A stretch of DNA of 64,000 nucleotides from Amphiscolops sp. MND2022. Its lineage: Eukaryota. The position numbers and the translations under genes were made by a program. The DNA lies in the NCBI GenBank assembly GCA_964187785.1, contig OZ076413.1:42844001-42908000 (forward strand), written 5' to 3'. Under the pieces are notes generated by a model, which saw only the letters and a list, made by a program, of their open reading frames with translations, ran no database searches and was not told where the DNA came from. Below are positions 61,150 to 64,000 of this stretch, piece after piece. Each line of letters starts with the position of its first letter. Within the stretch, counting starts at the first letter, position 1.

Positions 61150-64000
61150 CTTTTGTTTGCTAGTTCATTTTGCTGTTCGTTGGATGGGTGAATCTCCTAG
61201 GTTGATGTCTCGTTAGTAGCAATACCGTTTTCTTTTTTTTCTTTGAGTGCAAATTGCCCACTAGAAGTAACAAGTTTCGAGCAGTTTTCCAGGTGGTAAA
61301 TGTCTTGTTTTTCTGTGGACAATTCAGTTTTCTGACAGTGTAATAGAAAGTGTCTCGCAGTCTCTTCGTTTCTTCCGCAAGAGCAGAGCGGGCTGGCTGT
61401 TAGGTTCCTGGTGTAGGCAAAGTTGTTTAATGTAGGACAGGTATTAAGTAAACGTTCCAATCCGATCTGCAAGTGGTCTTTGAATGTCGTGGCATGAATT
61501 ATCATTGGGTCCATTTCTACTCTTGTGACAAGTTTCTAAAGGTGAGTATCAAAGTCCATATAGTTCCGTTGGTCATTCCATCTTCCAAGGATATGAATTC
61601 GACTAGTTGTGTCTGTGTACGTCAGAGGGTCAGTAAGTTCGAGATTCCTATTGTTGTAAAACTGCTTCAACCAGTTACAGTGGGTTGTTACAAACTTGGG
61701 GGCGTTGCTAGTTCTCCAGTGTCAATCGTTGCAGTTTGTCTGTTGATGCGAGTGCTCGCTGTAATCATGGACTTGGCGGATATGTTTTCACATAATATGT
61801 CGATTGGTGGTAGCCCGAGAAGAACTTCCGCAGCTTTGGAGTTCGGATTGTGAGTTGTCTCCATAATGTTGCGTAATAAGAAACCTTGGAAACTGTTAAG
61901 TCTGGTGCAGTTAGCTAGTGTCTATACAGGAGCGCAGTAAAGAAGTAGAGGGAGGACTAGTGATTTGTACAGAGTGACTAAAGTTCGCCTAGATAAACCC
62001 CACATTTTTGTGCAATAAAGGCGAATCTCTTTCCATTTTTTGCCCCTTCCGATAACAGATTCGGTATGTTGTCTAAAAGTTTACAATAAGTCCAAGAAGT
62101 TTGGTGTTGTTCTTTAGTTCACATTTCTCATTGTCGAGGTAGAAGGTTTGAGTGCATGGCGCTTTACAGTTAATGAGTACAATATCGGTCTAGGACCCAC
62201 TAATTTGCAGACGCCACAGGCGACACCATTGTTGTAAAGTTGTTAGTCCTTTGAATGATGTGTCGAAGACTTTTCTGTTTAGCTGCCGTGACAAGGACCT
62301 GAGAGTCGTCAGCATACTTGAACTTCACTCCACAGCATTTTTCGAGCATGTCGGCTACGTAAAAAATGAATAGTATTGGTGAAATCACAATCCCTTGAGA
62401 AAGACCTTGTTTTGGAGTGGAAGCTTGGCTGAAGCAGCTATCAAGTTTTGTTCGCAGAAGTCAATTCTGAAGGTATGTCACAATAATACGGAAGAGGTAG
62501 TCCCGGATACCAGCAGTCCATAGCTTCACAAGGAAACCATTTTGCTACACACTGTCGAAAGCGTTTTCCAAATCTGGATTTTTTAAGGCTGCAACTTTTT
62601 TCTGCCTTTTCAGATTTTCATGTTCAATTTTTAATCTGAATAGATATCTGGTGGTGTTTCTGTTCGCGAGAAAGCCTTCTTGTTCGTGGTCGAACAGTTG
62701 ATTTTTCATCAAGGAATCCGTTAGACGGTTATTTAGAATAGGCTCAAATTTTTTCCGATATGGCTAGTATTTGACAGAGGTCTATATGCAGATGGGTCCG
62801 TGTAGTCCGTTTTCGATGATATGATTTTTTGATGAAGAGAGCACGGGCTTCAGACCAAGGCCATTTACATAAGACAAGGAACCGGTTAAACAATGTGATA
62901 AGTACTGTGCGGAAATATAGGCCGGAAAATACTATCATATTTGGCTGAAGAAGGTCGTCATCCAAAGAACTGGATGCGTTTTGTAGTTTACCAAGGACTT
63001 TTTTGAGCTCGTCCAGATGAATTTCACGATAACATCATTTGTTTTCATAGGATTCCTTTTTCTTCAGGTCATTTATTATTCGCCGATTTTTGTCCATAGA
63101 GTCAAAAAATTTTTTGTCAGAAAATTTTTCTTTCTGGTACCTCCCACTGAAGAAATTGTCCATTAGAACTTTTAATTTTTCTTGAGGAGAGAAACATAGG
63201 AGTTGGAAGACTTCAGAGGAGCATGCATGTAATCTTTTTGACTGAGAATCACTTTTTGTAATTCTTTCCAAAAACGATTGCCATGTCTTTGTTTATTAAC
63301 TTTCGTTCAGTCTGGTGCGCGTCCAATTGGATGATGCAACTATCAAATTACTTTTAATTTCAATTCGCGTCATGTTCAGCGCCGACATCCTTGCTGGTGT
63401 AGATGTTCTCTTGAAAACTTTTCTCAACCTCCCGAGTTGAAGGCTCAATTCTGTCAGTGTTTTGTTCCAAAACGGTTTGCTATGTTCTGTAAAATTCTTC
63501 TTCGGAATGTGTTCTCGGGTTGTTTCTTGAAGATTATCCCTGATTTTGACCCATTCAGTGAGGACGTCATTGTTTATGGGAGCTTCCGGATTGACCCATT
63601 GGATCATCTTTTCTTACAATATGGTTTTTCACTCCTTCCAAAAAGTGTTTCCAAAGTCGTATATTATTCAGATGTGTGTTGGGGACGAATCTGGAATTTT
63701 GAAGACACTGAAGACAGGAACGTGTCACCTGTTGGGGTACCCAGTTAGTAGTTCAGTTTCCGTGTCAGTGTATTGTGTCTAACACAAGTCAGTAAGTTTG
63801 TCTGTAATTATGGTGAAATCAATGACATATTTCCCATTAACCGCGTAAAGCGTGGGTTCACCGATGTTCATAACCAAGGCATCAACTTCTTCTATATAGG
63901 CCTCAAGAATATCGCCGCATGTGTTAACTCGGGTGTCTCCCCAAAGAGAGCTTCTCGCATTGTTCTCTCCAACAAAATCAATACCGCTGAGTTTATTTGC
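61150..64000 (-). mobile_element. Decayed non-LTR retrotransposon (LINE ORF2: APE endonuclease end, RT, C-terminal CCHC) running off the window end
   Basis: Fragments with stops and frameshifts: PTLYAVNG..VIDFTI (endonuclease), KPFWN, DLENAFDSV, GLSQG.VISPILF, KYADD and CSCG..ETARHFLLHC. No RNase H is visible. Confidence 0.9.

Overview
This is AT-rich, repeat-dense invertebrate animal genomic DNA with spliceosomal introns and no prokaryotic features. Two host genes can be rebuilt with in-phase GT-AG junctions, both on the minus strand. One is a divergent Frizzled receptor (3 exons, ~708 aa, 15.3-kb first intron). The other is an orphan rhodopsin-family GPCR (4 exons, ~474 aa). Frizzled intron 1 holds a young full-length Ty3/Gypsy element (208-bp LTRs with 2 mismatches, 5-bp TSD GCAAC, tRNA-Ser-type PBS). 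A second decayed member of the same lineage lies at 4.0-8.3 kb and a third relic at ~52.6-54.6 kb. Two of these elements share an unusual RT active site (WLDD in place of YxDD) and an unassigned conserved ~62-aa domain inside a long insert between RNase H and integrase; this is the most novel-looking item. The window also has a deleted Copia relic, a decayed LINE and three classes of non-autonomous DNA elements: MULE-like (9-bp TSD, one core with two different TIR sets), CMC/EnSpm-like (CCC...GGG ends, 2-bp TSD) and Helentron/HINE-like elements carrying tRNA-like B-boxes. All calls come from reading the sequence by eye; no database searches were run.
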